Shown: piece after piece, positions 52,736 to 64,000 of the stretch | Layout: each line of letters opens with the position of its first letter | How positions within the stretch are numbered: position 1 is the stretch's first letter | From: an uncultured Planctomycetota bacterium | GTDB lineage: Bacteria; Planctomycetota; Planctomycetia; Isosphaerales; Isosphaeraceae | Assembly: GCA_963823665.1 (NCBI GenBank) | Contig: CAWGMQ010000006.1 | Coordinates: forward strand, 832,001 to 896,000 | DNA length: 64,000 nt | Direction: 5' to 3' | Notes under the pieces: model-generated | What the model was told of the DNA's origin: nothing | What the model saw: the letters and a program-made list of their open reading frames with translations, nothing else | The model's database searches: none | Translations under genes and position numbers: made by a program

Positions 52736-53671
52736 TCAGGACCGCGATTCGAAGTGGATGCCTGATGGGCCGATAGAAACCGCGAACTGGTTGGCGCCCG
52801 CGTCGAGCGGGTCCCGTTTGTGTGCAGGAGAAGAATCGGGCATCGCGAACGGGGATGCCCCGAAGTACCGGCTCCAGCGCGAGCGCACGTCCTGGGGTAG
52901 CGAGCGCCACCACCGCCACGCCTTGCCGGTCGACGTCTCGTTCGATTTCGCGCCGGCAGGCGCCGGCTCGCCCAGGCTCGCGTAATGGACTTCGTACTGG
53001 GTGCGGAAGGCGACTGTCGGCCGGGAGCAATGGGCGTGAGGAATTCGCCGCGCGACGATCGACCGCCAGAACACCCGGTCGCCCACCGGGCCAAGCTCCA
53101 CAGGCATCATCACCCAGACCGGCAACAACTCGAAGGCGGCTCGAGTCACGAAATAGCAACTTGTATCAACATGCGTAATGCCATCACACTCCGTTTTATC
53201 TTGAAACATGAGTGAGCCATCCTGGCGATGGATGCTACGGGTCGCCGTGCAAACGGCGGCCCCTGTCCGGCGGTGCAGGTCGACCATGGATTCGATGTGA
53301 TCAGGATAGTACCAGTTATCCGCGTCAAGGAAGGCGACGGCATCGTAGCCTTGATTCATCGCCGAGAGCGCGCCCAGCGCGCGAGCGGTGTTCCCCACGT
53401 CGTGATGCGGCCCGGTCAAGCTCAGGTGTTCGACCGCCCAGCGCGACACCTCGTCGCACGGGTGTCCGTCGGCGGCCATGAAATGCACGCAGGGGTGGGT
53501 TTGCCGGAGCACACTCTCGTGACAATGCCGCAGGATCGCGAGCGGCTCGCGGAAGTAGGGTGTGATCACCGCGACACGTACGGGCGCCCGAGTACCCATC
53601 GTTCTCACCTGTGTTTCGTAGAAGCCTTTTTCGGACAGACACATTCTACATAACTGCTCCCGATCGGTCAT
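52736..53671 (-). CDS. Family 2-like (GT-A) glycosyltransferase
   Basis: VAVITPY, CHESVLRQT, AFLDADNWY, HVDTSC, GDRVFW; true start may be MGTRAP near 53599. Confidence 0.85.
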   Translation of the reverse strand: MTDREQLCRMCLSEKGFYETQVRTMGTRAPVRVAVITPYFREPLAILRHCHESVLRQTHPCVHFMAADGHPCDEVSRWAVEHLSLTGPHHDVGNTARALGALSAMNQGYDAVAFLDADNWYYPDHIESMVDLHRRTGAAVCTATRSIHRQDGSLMFQDKTECDGITHVDTSCYFVTRAAFELLPVWVMMPVELGPVGDRVFWRSIVARRIPHAHCSRPTVAFRTQYEVHYASLGEPAPAGAKSNETSTGKAWRWWRSLPQDVRSRWSRYFGASPFAMPDSSPAHKRDPLDAGANQFAVSIGPSGIHFESRS

Positions 53672-53960
53672 TTCTTAAAAAAGAAAAGAAGATCTAGAAT
53701 TCTCTTGCTTTCTATAACTGCCCTCGGTAATCATGATCGCCACATGGTTCGTGCGTAATCAATCTCGTCGTCCATCCAGCGATTCGATCACGATGTCCTG
53801 GATCGGCAGGGAGCCGGGCCTCGGGTGCCGTTCGCGCACCTCGTGGTTGTGACGGTGAGTAGGGTCGGTGAACAGGGATTGATGTCGAGCAGCCGGTCTG
53901 CGTGCGCGCGGGCTGCGCCTGCTTGACGGACGAGTCACCATACCCGGAAGGATGGGCATC

Positions 53961-56397
53961 ATGTTGCGAGCCGAGCGTGTGCGTCGCGCCATTCGCCCGA
54001 TGGTCCTGCCCAGCGAGGTCCTGGAGCGGCGCGGCGCTATTCACTGTGAATCCGACGGCGTTTCTGCCGCAGATCGTAACCCAGTACTGGGGTTACACCG
54101 ACACGATGTACGAGGGTGATCTCACGGTCAACACAACGACTTCCGCGAGCGCCAGCACCGTGACCCTCTCGGACGGAACCTACACTTACGACTACATTGA
54201 CACCTACGTCGAAAGCCCCCCCAATTCATCCGGCGACTTCACCTGGTCGGTGAACGACTGGGAAACCCAGTTGTGGTCGCTCACCGACACCCGCACCGAC
54301 TCCGCCGGTTACTTCCACACGACCGTCTCGTATATATTCGAGACGAGCACAGAAACCGGGTCCGGCGTTGTCAACACTGCCGGGGACTCTACCACTCTCT
54401 ATCGGGACGATACCGCGAGCTCGGCCTATATCGATACAGCGACGAAAGGCACCCAGACCATCACCGAGAATATCCACAACTACTCGGATTGGCATCGGTC
54501 GGGCAGCGGCACTGCCGCTTTGGAGACTCCGATCACGTTCGAGTCGCTGCTAGCTTACTCCGCCCTGGGCAGCGGCAGCGGCAGTACGTCGGGCGGCACC
54601 AACACGTTCAGCGACGTCGTCACCGGCTCACCGACGGCCCTGAACGAGCAAGGCGGCGAGAAATACTATCTGAGCGCGTCGGCCAGTCAATCGACCGCGG
54701 GCATCACCAGCAACTTCACGATCAGCGCAAGCGGCTACGAGAACCTGAATCTGGTGACGACCGTCTCGGCGGCCCGGGTCGTGGGTGGAACGGGTACAGA
54801 CTACTCCTACCTCGACAACGTGGCGAGCAATACGTACTCCTACTCGGAGAGCGGCGGCAGCAGTCCCAGCGGCAGCTCTGGCACCTTCAACCTCGTCTCG
54901 AGCGGGAGCAACTGGGCGATCCAAACGGTGTGGGGGAGTGGGACCAGCGGCAGCGCAAACGACAGCTACTACATCAACGATGACAACTACAGCGTCTTCA
55001 ACGAGGGGGACAGCGGAACCGTTGGTCCGGTCAAGAGCGACACGATCTATGACAATACGATCTCGTCCGACGTGATCATCTCGAGTGGCTCCGGCACGTC
55101 GGTTCGTCCCGGCAGCTTGAACGGCACGGGCACCGACTCGTACAGCTTTAACGGCTCGACGGTGCTCGATAAGGGCCAGTTCGCCTCGGGCTCGACACCC
55201 GCCGTCTACGACTCGCTCACATCCGGCTTCAATGCGACCGGGACATTCTCGAGCGCCGTGCTCGATGACTCGGGGACCGACACGGAGACGATCAAGATGT
55301 GGGGCTCGGGCAGCGGAACCGTGGAACAGCTCTACACAAGCAGCTCGTCGGGCTCGGGTATCCACAACCCGGTGAGCGACTCTTACTCCGAGTCCGAGAC
55401 GCGGGTGCGGTCCTACGACCTGCTCGACAACATCATGGGCAGCGGCAGCATGAGCTCGTACGACGACACAAGCGACTCGGCCAGCGGAAGCGGCGGCTTT
55501 GCCGGCTATAACTTCTCGTTTGGCGAATACGACATGGACGACATCAACACCACGCTGTCGTCGACCGGCGTCTACGCGTTCAACATGAGCGCCAGCGGTT
55601 TTGGCCCGGGGGGATCGTACACCGAGTCCGAGACGGGCAACAACAGCGGCGTGATCACCAACAGCATCACCTCCAACTCTGCGAGCGGGACCTCGCCGAC
55701 CGGAGTCTACGGCAGCGTCGAATACGATTACATCGGCAACGCCGGCACCTTCAATTCGTTCACGAGCGCTACCGTCCAGCGCGTCGGAGGCCAGTGGACG
55801 CTGGACAGCAGTGGGGTGACCGCCATCGTCGACGGCAGCCCTGAGGACTGGGATTCGTTAACCAGCGCCGGGCAGTTGAGCTACCTCGAAAGCAACAACG
55901 AAGCCCATGGGGTCTCCGACCCCATAGCGACCGCCAACAACCTCAACTCCCCCTCGCTTTACCTGAAGACCGGCTTCATAACGATGGACACCCCGCTCGA
56001 CACCATTCAGGATCTGGCGTGGTATTCTGCGCAGTACGGGAGAACGCAATCGATTCTCTACATCATGCCGCACGACGTCTCCGGTGGCGGAAACAACCCG
56101 TACAATTACCGGACCGATGAGAGCGAACTGGTAAGCCCCAACAACACGAGCGGCCTGCCCTCGCAGGGATTGACTTTCCTGGACGCGGTCATAACCGACC
56201 TGGCGACCGGGGGTGTCGTCACGTTCGGCGCTGACAATACCGAGCCCGACGAGCAGCGGATGCTCGAGAATAATGAGATCACGCAGTCCAACGGCTTTTA
56301 CGCAGCCAAGACCCACATCTACTTCGATCCGGGCTACTTCACGCCCGGGTTCTACCTCACCCGCACGGCTGTGCGGGGCGACCCGTTTGCAGAGTAA
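53961..56397 (+). CDS. Large acidic Ser/Thr/Gly-rich secreted surface protein (frameshift near 54032)
   Basis: Re-framed N-terminus MLRAERVRRAIRPMVLPSEVLERR/ALFT matches the planctomycete LExR-LL leader; body dominated by S/T/G/D/Y. Confidence 0.75.
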
Positions 56398-56448
56398 TTA
56401 GCCCGCGCGAAGGACACCCTCCACTCATTTCCTGGAACTGGTAGTCCC

Positions 56449-58376
56449 GTGGACGATTCAAACCGACGCATCCTTTTCGCAACACATGCTTGCTATCTAG
56501 ACGACGCCAATACCGCGGCCCTGGCCAGTCGCGCCTGATGCAGGCGCTTGACCGTCAGGGCTTCGGCGTCGAGGTCCTCTGCGGGTCCATGCTCGACCTG
56601 ACCGAGAATGTCGACATAGGCCCCTGGCTCAGCGTGCGCTGGGAGGGAGTCAAGGAAGAGGGGGGAGGTGAGGTCTCGGCCGATGCCTTTGGCGTCCGGG
56701 CGGATGTTCCGGACCACTTCCGCCTCACCGTGTCGGGGGTACCGGTGTCGGTTCAACGCTGCGCGGTCACTCAGCCGCACGATCCCGAGGCTGATGAATG
56801 CGCGGGCTTCCTCCGCCTGCTGGACTTGATTCTGGACCGTTTCCAGCCCCACGTCTTGGTCGGCTACGGTGGCTCGCGAATCCAGTGCGAAACATTCAAG
56901 CGGGCTCGTAACCGGGGGATCGCCACCGTCTTTGCGCTCCACAACTTTCTCTACACGCGGCTTCAGCCATTCGCCCACATCGACGCCGTGCTGGTCGCGT
57001 CCGAATTCTCGGCGAACTTCCACCACGAGGGCATGGGGCTCTCTTGCACGGCGATACCGTACCTGGTCGACTTCGACCGCATCGTTGCTGAACCGGAAGA
57101 ACGGAAGTACGTCACGTTCGTGAACCCGTCGGCGGACAGGGGTGTTTACCCCTTCGCCCGGATCGCCGACGAACTGGGGCGGCTCCGTCCGGATATCCCG
57201 ATGCTCGTGGTCGAAGGGCGCGGCGACGAGCGGACGCTGGCCAACTGCGGTTTGGAGCTGAAAGACCGGGGCACGGTCAACCTGATGGAGCCAACTCAGG
57301 ATCATCGGGACTTCTGGGGCCAGACGAGGGTCTGCCTGCTCCCCTCACTCGTCTGGGAGAACCAGCCGATGATCGCCGTCGAGGCGATGGCGAACGGCAT
57401 CCCGGTCGTCGGCTCGGACCGAGGGGGCATCGCCGAGACCCTGGGCAAGGCGGGCGCCGTCCTGCCGTTGCCGGACCGATTGACTGCTGCGACGAAGTGG
57501 CTACCGAGCGCGGAGGAAGTCGCGCCCTGGGTGGACGCGGTGATCCGACTCTGGGACGACAACGCATGGTATGAAGAACAGCGGGCGCGAGCGCGCACGG
57601 AGGCCAAGCGCTGGGACCCGTGCGTGCTGGAGCCAGCGTACGCCCGGTTCTTCAACTCGCTGGGGCCGGGGCAGAAGACGAACGGGCGGATGGCGCCAGG
57701 CCGGCAGAAGGCGGCCGTCCTGGTTCCGCATTTGAACGGGATCGAGCCCGACACCGAGCAGGCGCTGCTGGCCCTGGAGAAAACGGGAGTGCGCGTCATC
57801 CGTCGGGTGGGCAGCTCCCAGATCGATGTCGCGCGTAATATGCTCGCGTCGGAGGCAGTGCATCACGGGTACGAGTCGATCATGTTCATTGATGCTGACA
57901 TCGGCTTCGACCCCGTGGACGCGCTGCGTCTGCTGGCGCGCCCGGAGCCGGTGGTCTCGGGCGTTTATGCCAAGAAAGGGCGGCGCGAGCTGGCCAGCCT
58001 GTTCGCGACCGGGATCAAGGAGATTACCTTTGGCGAAGTATCGGGTTTGTACCCATTGAGATATGCCGCGACGGGTTTCCTGCGGATTCGCGTGGACGTC
58101 TTGCGGCGGATGATCCACGAGCTGGCCTTGCCGTTGTGCAATAAGCGCTGGGGCGATGGCGAATGGCCCTTCTTCCAGCCGGTGATTGTTCCGGACCCGG
58201 CCGGCTACCACTACCTCGGTGAAGACTGGGCGTTCAGCTATCGCCTGGGACAGATTGGCGTGACCCCGCTCGCCGACACCTCGATTCGCCTCTGGCACTA
58301 CGGGCGCTATCCGTACGGCTGGGAAGACGCGGGCACCAAGCACCCGCGGTTCCGCACCTTCACGATTCGACACTGA
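56449..58376 (+). CDS. GT4 (GT-B) glycosyltransferase fused to a GT-A domain (frameshift near 56535)
   Basis: RILFATHACYLD.., LLPSLVWENQPMIAVEAMANGIPVVGSDRGG; then DVARN, MFIDADIGF, ATGF, GEDWAF, LWHYG. Confidence 0.87.
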
Positions 58377-58556
58377 ACCACCCGCACGCTTGCGACCGCG
58401 CGATGAGATTGGCGGCTACGCGATCGCGAGAAGAGGAAAATGGTGCCTCGGCAGCGTGTCGCCGCGAAACGACCCGGTCGTGTGAGGGCAGCGATTTCGC
58501 GAAGATTGGCATAGGACGGGGACGACGCGACGTGAAACGTCGCTTACACTGAGTAA

Positions 58557-59639
<1,083 letters not shown>

Positions 59640-59645
59640 CCGACC

Positions 59646-60458
59646 ATGCATTCGCCGTTTCACGTCGAGGCGCTCCCTGAGCCGCACCCCATACCGGACT
59701 GCCTCGGCGTGATTGCGTTCTGTCGCCGCAACTGGAGGCAGGAATACGCCTTTTTCAAACCAAACGCGATCACGTATCTGATCAAGACCGTCTTCAGTCT
59801 GCAACGGTATGTGACTCAATGCCGGGTCTTCGTGGGGACGGACGCCGACCTCGCGCTGGTTCAGGCTCTGCCGCTCGGAGTTGAAGTCGAACGGGTTGAC
59901 GTTGCGCCCGAGCCCTTGGCGGGCGTCGACGTTCTCCCTGTGGGACGTGTCGCGCTCAGTGCTCTCAACACCGACGGCTTTCGGTACGTGTTCTTCACCG
60001 AAGCCGACCAGATCATGCACATTCGCGACCCCGGACGGCTGGTTGCGATTGTCGACGACCATTGTTACGCCGTCCCGCATCGGATCGAGCGAGACTACAA
60101 GGGAGCCAACCGTCACGGGCAGCCGCGGGTCCGGTTCAACGGGGCGGATTACGTGGTGTGGAACTATCCGTGGGAGGGCGAGGCACTGCCCCTCCGTGGT
60201 GACGGTTTCTTCGCGGCTCAGAACCGCCGGATCGCCTATGGCGCTGCGTGGCTGGCGCGAGCCGAGGCAATCGCCAAGGCCGACTTTCTCGGCCCGACCG
60301 ACGATCCACTGGCCCATCCCTGCCACGCGCTCTTCGGGGTGATGGAAGCAGTCAAGACGACTGACGTGTTCGAGTTCTTTGTGGACCACCTCAGCGGATT
60401 CGACAACGCACTGGCTGCGTTCGGGTTGCGGATTGAGGATTACCCTAACTTCTGGTGA
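59646..60458 (+). CDS. Hypothetical protein, possibly divergent GT-A fold
   Basis: Intact 270-aa ORF; YVFFTEADQ resembles a DxD-site strand; VDHLSG near the C-terminus. Confidence 0.55.
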   Translation: MHSPFHVEALPEPHPIPDCLGVIAFCRRNWRQEYAFFKPNAITYLIKTVFSLQRYVTQCRVFVGTDADLALVQALPLGVEVERVDVAPEPLAGVDVLPVGRVALSALNTDGFRYVFFTEADQIMHIRDPGRLVAIVDDHCYAVPHRIERDYKGANRHGQPRVRFNGADYVVWNYPWEGEALPLRGDGFFAAQNRRIAYGAAWLARAEAIAKADFLGPTDDPLAHPCHALFGVMEAVKTTDVFEFFVDHLSGFDNALAAFGLRIEDYPNFW

Positions 60459-60460
60459 CC

Positions 60461-61177
60461 TCAGAGCGCTCTGCAGTGCCAGCCATCAACCGCGGTCCGA
60501 GTCGCCGGCACTTCGCCGAGCGGCACGAACTGGCACCCGGCCCGCCGCAAGCTTGGGACCAGGACCCGGACGAGCTCGCTCGTCCGATTGGCCCGGTAGA
60601 GCACCGCATCCTCCGAGCCATCGTGCAAGAGAATGATCCCGCGCCCGGCCTCGGCGATCTCCGCGAAATAGCGCGCGGCGCATTCGTTCACGGACCGAGT
60701 CTCCCTCCAGTGCAGCCAGTCGGCGCCGTCGATGTCCCAGCCGATCGGGCCGATGTAATTGCGCAGGGCTTTGGTCGCGTTCAGCGTTCGACCGACCGCG
60801 GAAATCACCTCATCCCGGCCGCGCCAGGCTCCGTGCGGCGGCCGGAAGAAGGCAGGGCCGGGGGCAAGTACGTCCTCGATCATTTCGTGCGTGCGGACCA
60901 GTTCGCTCACCGGGTCGCCGCCCGAGGCGAGCAAGTCCGGTAAGCGCAGATGGCTGTAGCCATGATTGGCCACGAGATGGCCCAGCGTGCGTAAGCGCAA
61001 AAGGTCCTGGCCGCGCCCGCTCGCGTTTTTTCCCAGAATGAAGAACGTGGCCGAAATGCCCTCGGCCGCCAGGTATTCCGCGATCGATACGGTGTCGGGG
61101 CCAGGTCCGTCGTCAAACGTCAGGCACAGCTCATTGCGGTCCATGCCGTCACCGCGGAGCTCGTGGTCCAGGAACAT
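60461..61177 (-). CDS. Polysaccharide deacetylase (NodB/CE4)
   Basis: LTFDDGP, ATFFILG, NHGYSH, FFRPPHG, IILLHDG. Confidence 0.93.
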   Translation of the reverse strand: MFLDHELRGDGMDRNELCLTFDDGPGPDTVSIAEYLAAEGISATFFILGKNASGRGQDLLRLRTLGHLVANHGYSHLRLPDLLASGGDPVSELVRTHEMIEDVLAPGPAFFRPPHGAWRGRDEVISAVGRTLNATKALRNYIGPIGWDIDGADWLHWRETRSVNECAARYFAEIAEAGRGIILLHDGSEDAVLYRANRTSELVRVLVPSLRRAGCQFVPLGEVPATRTAVDGWHCRAL

Positions 61178-61204
61178 GGGAGCACCACCGCCTTCAAGAC
61201 ACTT

Positions 61205-62431
61205 TCAGTCAGGCTCGACGTCGGCAAGGAACCGGTCTGCGCGGCGCTTGCCGACTGCCCTTTGAGCGGGCCACAGGACGCTGATATCCCCGGTATGCTG
61301 GGCGAGGCTCGGGCAGGGATAATGGACCGGGACTCCGTGCCGCGCGGCCCAGCGGCCGATGAGCGCATCGATTCCCGCCTTGCGGTCGCCCAGTCGCCCG
61401 TGCCATTGGTGTGCGCGCACGTCGGGATCGGCAAGGAACCTTTCGAGGACACGCGGTGGGAAGACGAAGGCCAGCGCACCCCACGACCATGGCTCATCGA
61501 GCTGGTGCCAGCCAGCGCCCTGCGCGAATAGCCCGCCGAACAATAAAGCGACACGAGTCCTGGCGGATCCGTAGGCCAGAGGATTGCTTCCAGGTACGCG
61601 CGAAGATCTTGGCGGTCATAGAACAGGACGTCATCCTGGACCATCAGAAAAGCGTCCGCGGCCGGCGCGCAGCAAGAGCTCGCTCAAACTGAGGTAGTAA
61701 TTCGACCAGGCACCCGCAGCCGGCCGGCGCACGGTCGTGGGCACGTGCTCGTGTCGCGGCGCGACCAGGATGTCGCCGTCCGCGAAAAGATGGACGCTCG
61801 ACCAGCCGGCGCGGCCGAGGCTGTCGAGTGTCCAGTCGAGCGTCCGCGTCGGGCGGCTCGACGCCGTGATGCCCACCGCCCAGGTCCGAACCGCTGGCCC
61901 GCACCGCGGCAGCGGAGCGAGCAATTCGACGAGCGGTTGCGGCGTGCTCCTCGGCCGGTCCGTCCAGTCACGGCAGCGGTGACAGCCATCACGGGTTGTG
62001 GGAACACCACGGTGTTCGGGGTGCTGGCAGGCCAGCGCGAAAGGAGGGGCGGCAGGGGTTGTTGATGCGTCCAGCGGAGGCCCGAGGTAGTAGCATGCCT
62101 CATGCGCCCGCCGCGGCTCGGCCGACCCGCGATCCTCGCCGTAAACCACCGCAAGATGCCGCCGAGCCAGCTCCCGCAAGTTCGCCACCTGCGCTCGTTC
62201 GATTTCCGACCGTGGGCGCAGATTTGCCGCCAGTCGGTCGAGCAACGAGGCGATGACCGGATTCAGTCGCGATGGACCTGGCGATCCCGCGGAACAGCAC
62301 GCGCGGCACGCATCGTCCGAGATGCGCAGCAGCGACTCGTCGGCGACGCCGGCAAGCTGGCCCAGCAGCTCACATGCGAGCCCGTCCGGCAAACGATTGC
62401 GGTAATCACACGAGGGTAGCGTTGGCGTCAT
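61205..62431 (-). CDS. Cys-rich N-terminal modules fused to a GT-A-like domain (frameshifts near 61665 and 61525)
   Basis: ATGA overlap with upstream stop; 10 Cys in the first ~180 aa; WAVGIT..R, GAWSNY, MVQDDVLF, WGALAFVF, PSLAQHTG. Confidence 0.7.
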
Positions 62432-63793
62432 GAGACGATTCCGACTTCGCGATGTGCGCATTCTTGCGACCAGTCGATCTTGATGGTCCAGCCATCGCGA
62501 CGAATCCGACGGCAAAAAGCAGGGTCGAAGTCGATCGGCTCGGAGTATCCGTAGCTGAAGGTGGCGTCGCGCAGGATGGAGGTGCGGAGCAGCACGCAGC
62601 CGAAACCGCACCCGCCGATCGTCTGGATGCCCTCGCCGCCTGGAAGGTGTTCGCCGGTTCTCATCCCAGGCGACATAATGCCCGAGGCCACGCGCGCGGT
62701 ACGGCGCGCCGACCACGGCCGTATCTCGATCGAGCGCATGGAGGAGCCGGTCGATCACTCCGAGCGGCGGGACAATATCGTCCTCGACCACGAGCACGTA
62801 CGGCGTCGTCACCTCACGCGCCATCTGATTGTAAATGCGCGCGCAGGCCAGCCGCACGGCGGCGCTATTTGGACCGCGCGGGCGGTCGGCCAGGCCCGGC
62901 TCCGCAACAACGCGATCGACGCACCGCACGTCGGCATATCTGGAATCGGCGAGAAATGAGCGCACGCTCGCGCGGAACGCCGGGTTGCCCGACGTATCCA
63001 TCAGGAACAGACGCGTCTGCTCGCGCGGCCAGGTTTGATTCAGCAGCCAATCACAATATGCCGGCCACAAGGAAGAGCGACCCGAAAGCGCTGTGAAGAT
63101 GGTGACATCAATCAGCCGCAGCGAGCCGTTGTCGAAATAGCTCCAGCGCAGCGATTGCGACCGGCTCGGCCCCGCGGAAGCATGCCGCCGATAGCGGTAA
63201 ATCGCCGATTGTTTCGAGCCGATCCACCCCGCCGCGACAACCCGCCGCCACACCAGCCAGTCCTCGTGGGCCTCGAGCAGGTCGGGCTCGCGGAAGGCGT
63301 CGGCGATCTCGAGCGCGATCCTGCGCACCAGCGAGCCGGCGTGCATGAAATTCTCGCGATCGAACTCGACCTTATCCCACTCGGGCATGAGCTGTCGTCC
63401 CGACCGGTCTCCGAAGAGCTCGATATCCGAGTAGATGATTCCCACCTCGGGGCTCTCGAACAGCGGCAGTCCGCGCTCGAGATAGTCGTGGGGCAGCACG
63501 TCATCGGCGTCCAGGAAGCAGATGACCTCCGATTGCGTCGCGTGCAGGCCCGCCGCCCGCGCGCGAAACGCGCTGCGCACATCGACCCGCAGGTAGCCGA
63601 CACCGGAGCTCGCATACTTGCGAGCGACCTCGGCGGTGTCGTCGCTGCTGGCATCATCGACGACCAGCAGCTCGGCCGGGATGACTGTCTGATCGAGCAC
63701 GCTCTTGATGGCTTCGTCCAAAAACCGGCCGTAGTTATGGCAGGTGATGATCACCGCGACGGTTGGAAACAGCCGATGCCCGGGCACGATCAT
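62428..63793 (-). CDS. Tandem two-domain GT2 glycosyltransferase (frameshift near 62650)
   Basis: IITCHNYGRFL, VVDDASSD, CFLDADD, HEDW; second domain VLVVEDDI, GCGFGCVL, DFDPAFC. Confidence 0.85.
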
Positions 63794-64000
63794 GGGCGCC
63801 CCGGCGCGCGTGCGACCGGCTTCAGATGCCGCCGTGCCCAGCGGCCCAGCGCCAGGGCGCGCTCCGGGTCGCAGCCGGCCGCTCCGCCGGCTTCGACCAG
63901 CCGGCTGGTAAGTCGGTCGAGCAGCGAGCCCACGACCGGATTGAGCCGGGTCAGGCTGGGGGCCGGCGAGGCACAGCAGGCCCGGCACGCGTCGACCTCC
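63790..64000 (-). CDS. C-terminus of a gene running off the window, ending in the Cys-rich module
   Basis: Manual translation: EVDACRACCASPAPSLTRLNPVVGSLLDRLTSRLVEAGGAAGCDPERALALGRWARRHLKPVARAPGRP*; TGA overlaps the next ATG; absent from the ORF track. Confidence 0.75.
   Translation of the reverse strand, partial: EVDACRACCASPAPSLTRLNPVVGSLLDRLTSRLVEAGGAAGCDPERALALGRWARRHLKPVARAPGRP

Noticed and set aside
56530..56540. In-frame TGA as selenocysteine or readthrough
   Set aside because: The downstream protein continues in a different frame, so this is an indel and not recoding
61631..63988. Single 785-aa ORF from the track
   Set aside because: It is a chimera of two genes plus a wrong-frame leader, created by a frameshift; ATGA junctions at 63790-63793 and 62428-62431 define separate genes

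Overview
High-GC bacterial DNA, very likely a planctomycete (Isosphaeraceae-like by inference). Support comes from a HYExAFE protein, a TIGR03000-type domain, three 'E-x-LE-x-R-x-LL(S/T)' secreted proteins and an STK-ECF pair. About 1-13 kb is conserved housekeeping DNA: dprA, aroB, an M50 protease-to-coaD operon, mcsA-mcsA-mcsB-J-domain, and an M28 peptidase. About 13-52 kb is accessory: paralogous membrane proteins, a MazF-type toxin-antitoxin pair, mscL, an ankyrin pair with a VOC protein, STK-WD40-TPR plus ECF sigma plus two secreted beta-helix proteins, a repeat-bracketed fadN-like segment, and a P-loop NTPase-TPR protein. About 52.7-64 kb is a glycosyltransferase (GT)-rich island around a large acidic Ser/Thr-rich secreted protein. 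Two of its genes share a Cys-rich module (DACRACC...RLNPVxxSLLDRL...RRHL) that I cannot assign to a known family; this is the best candidate for an undescribed system. Many genes carry single frameshifts in GC-rich or homopolymer tracts, which most likely reflect long-read consensus errors. No rRNA, tRNA, CRISPR array, integrase or transposase was recognised. All family calls are from motif recognition by eye; no searches were run.
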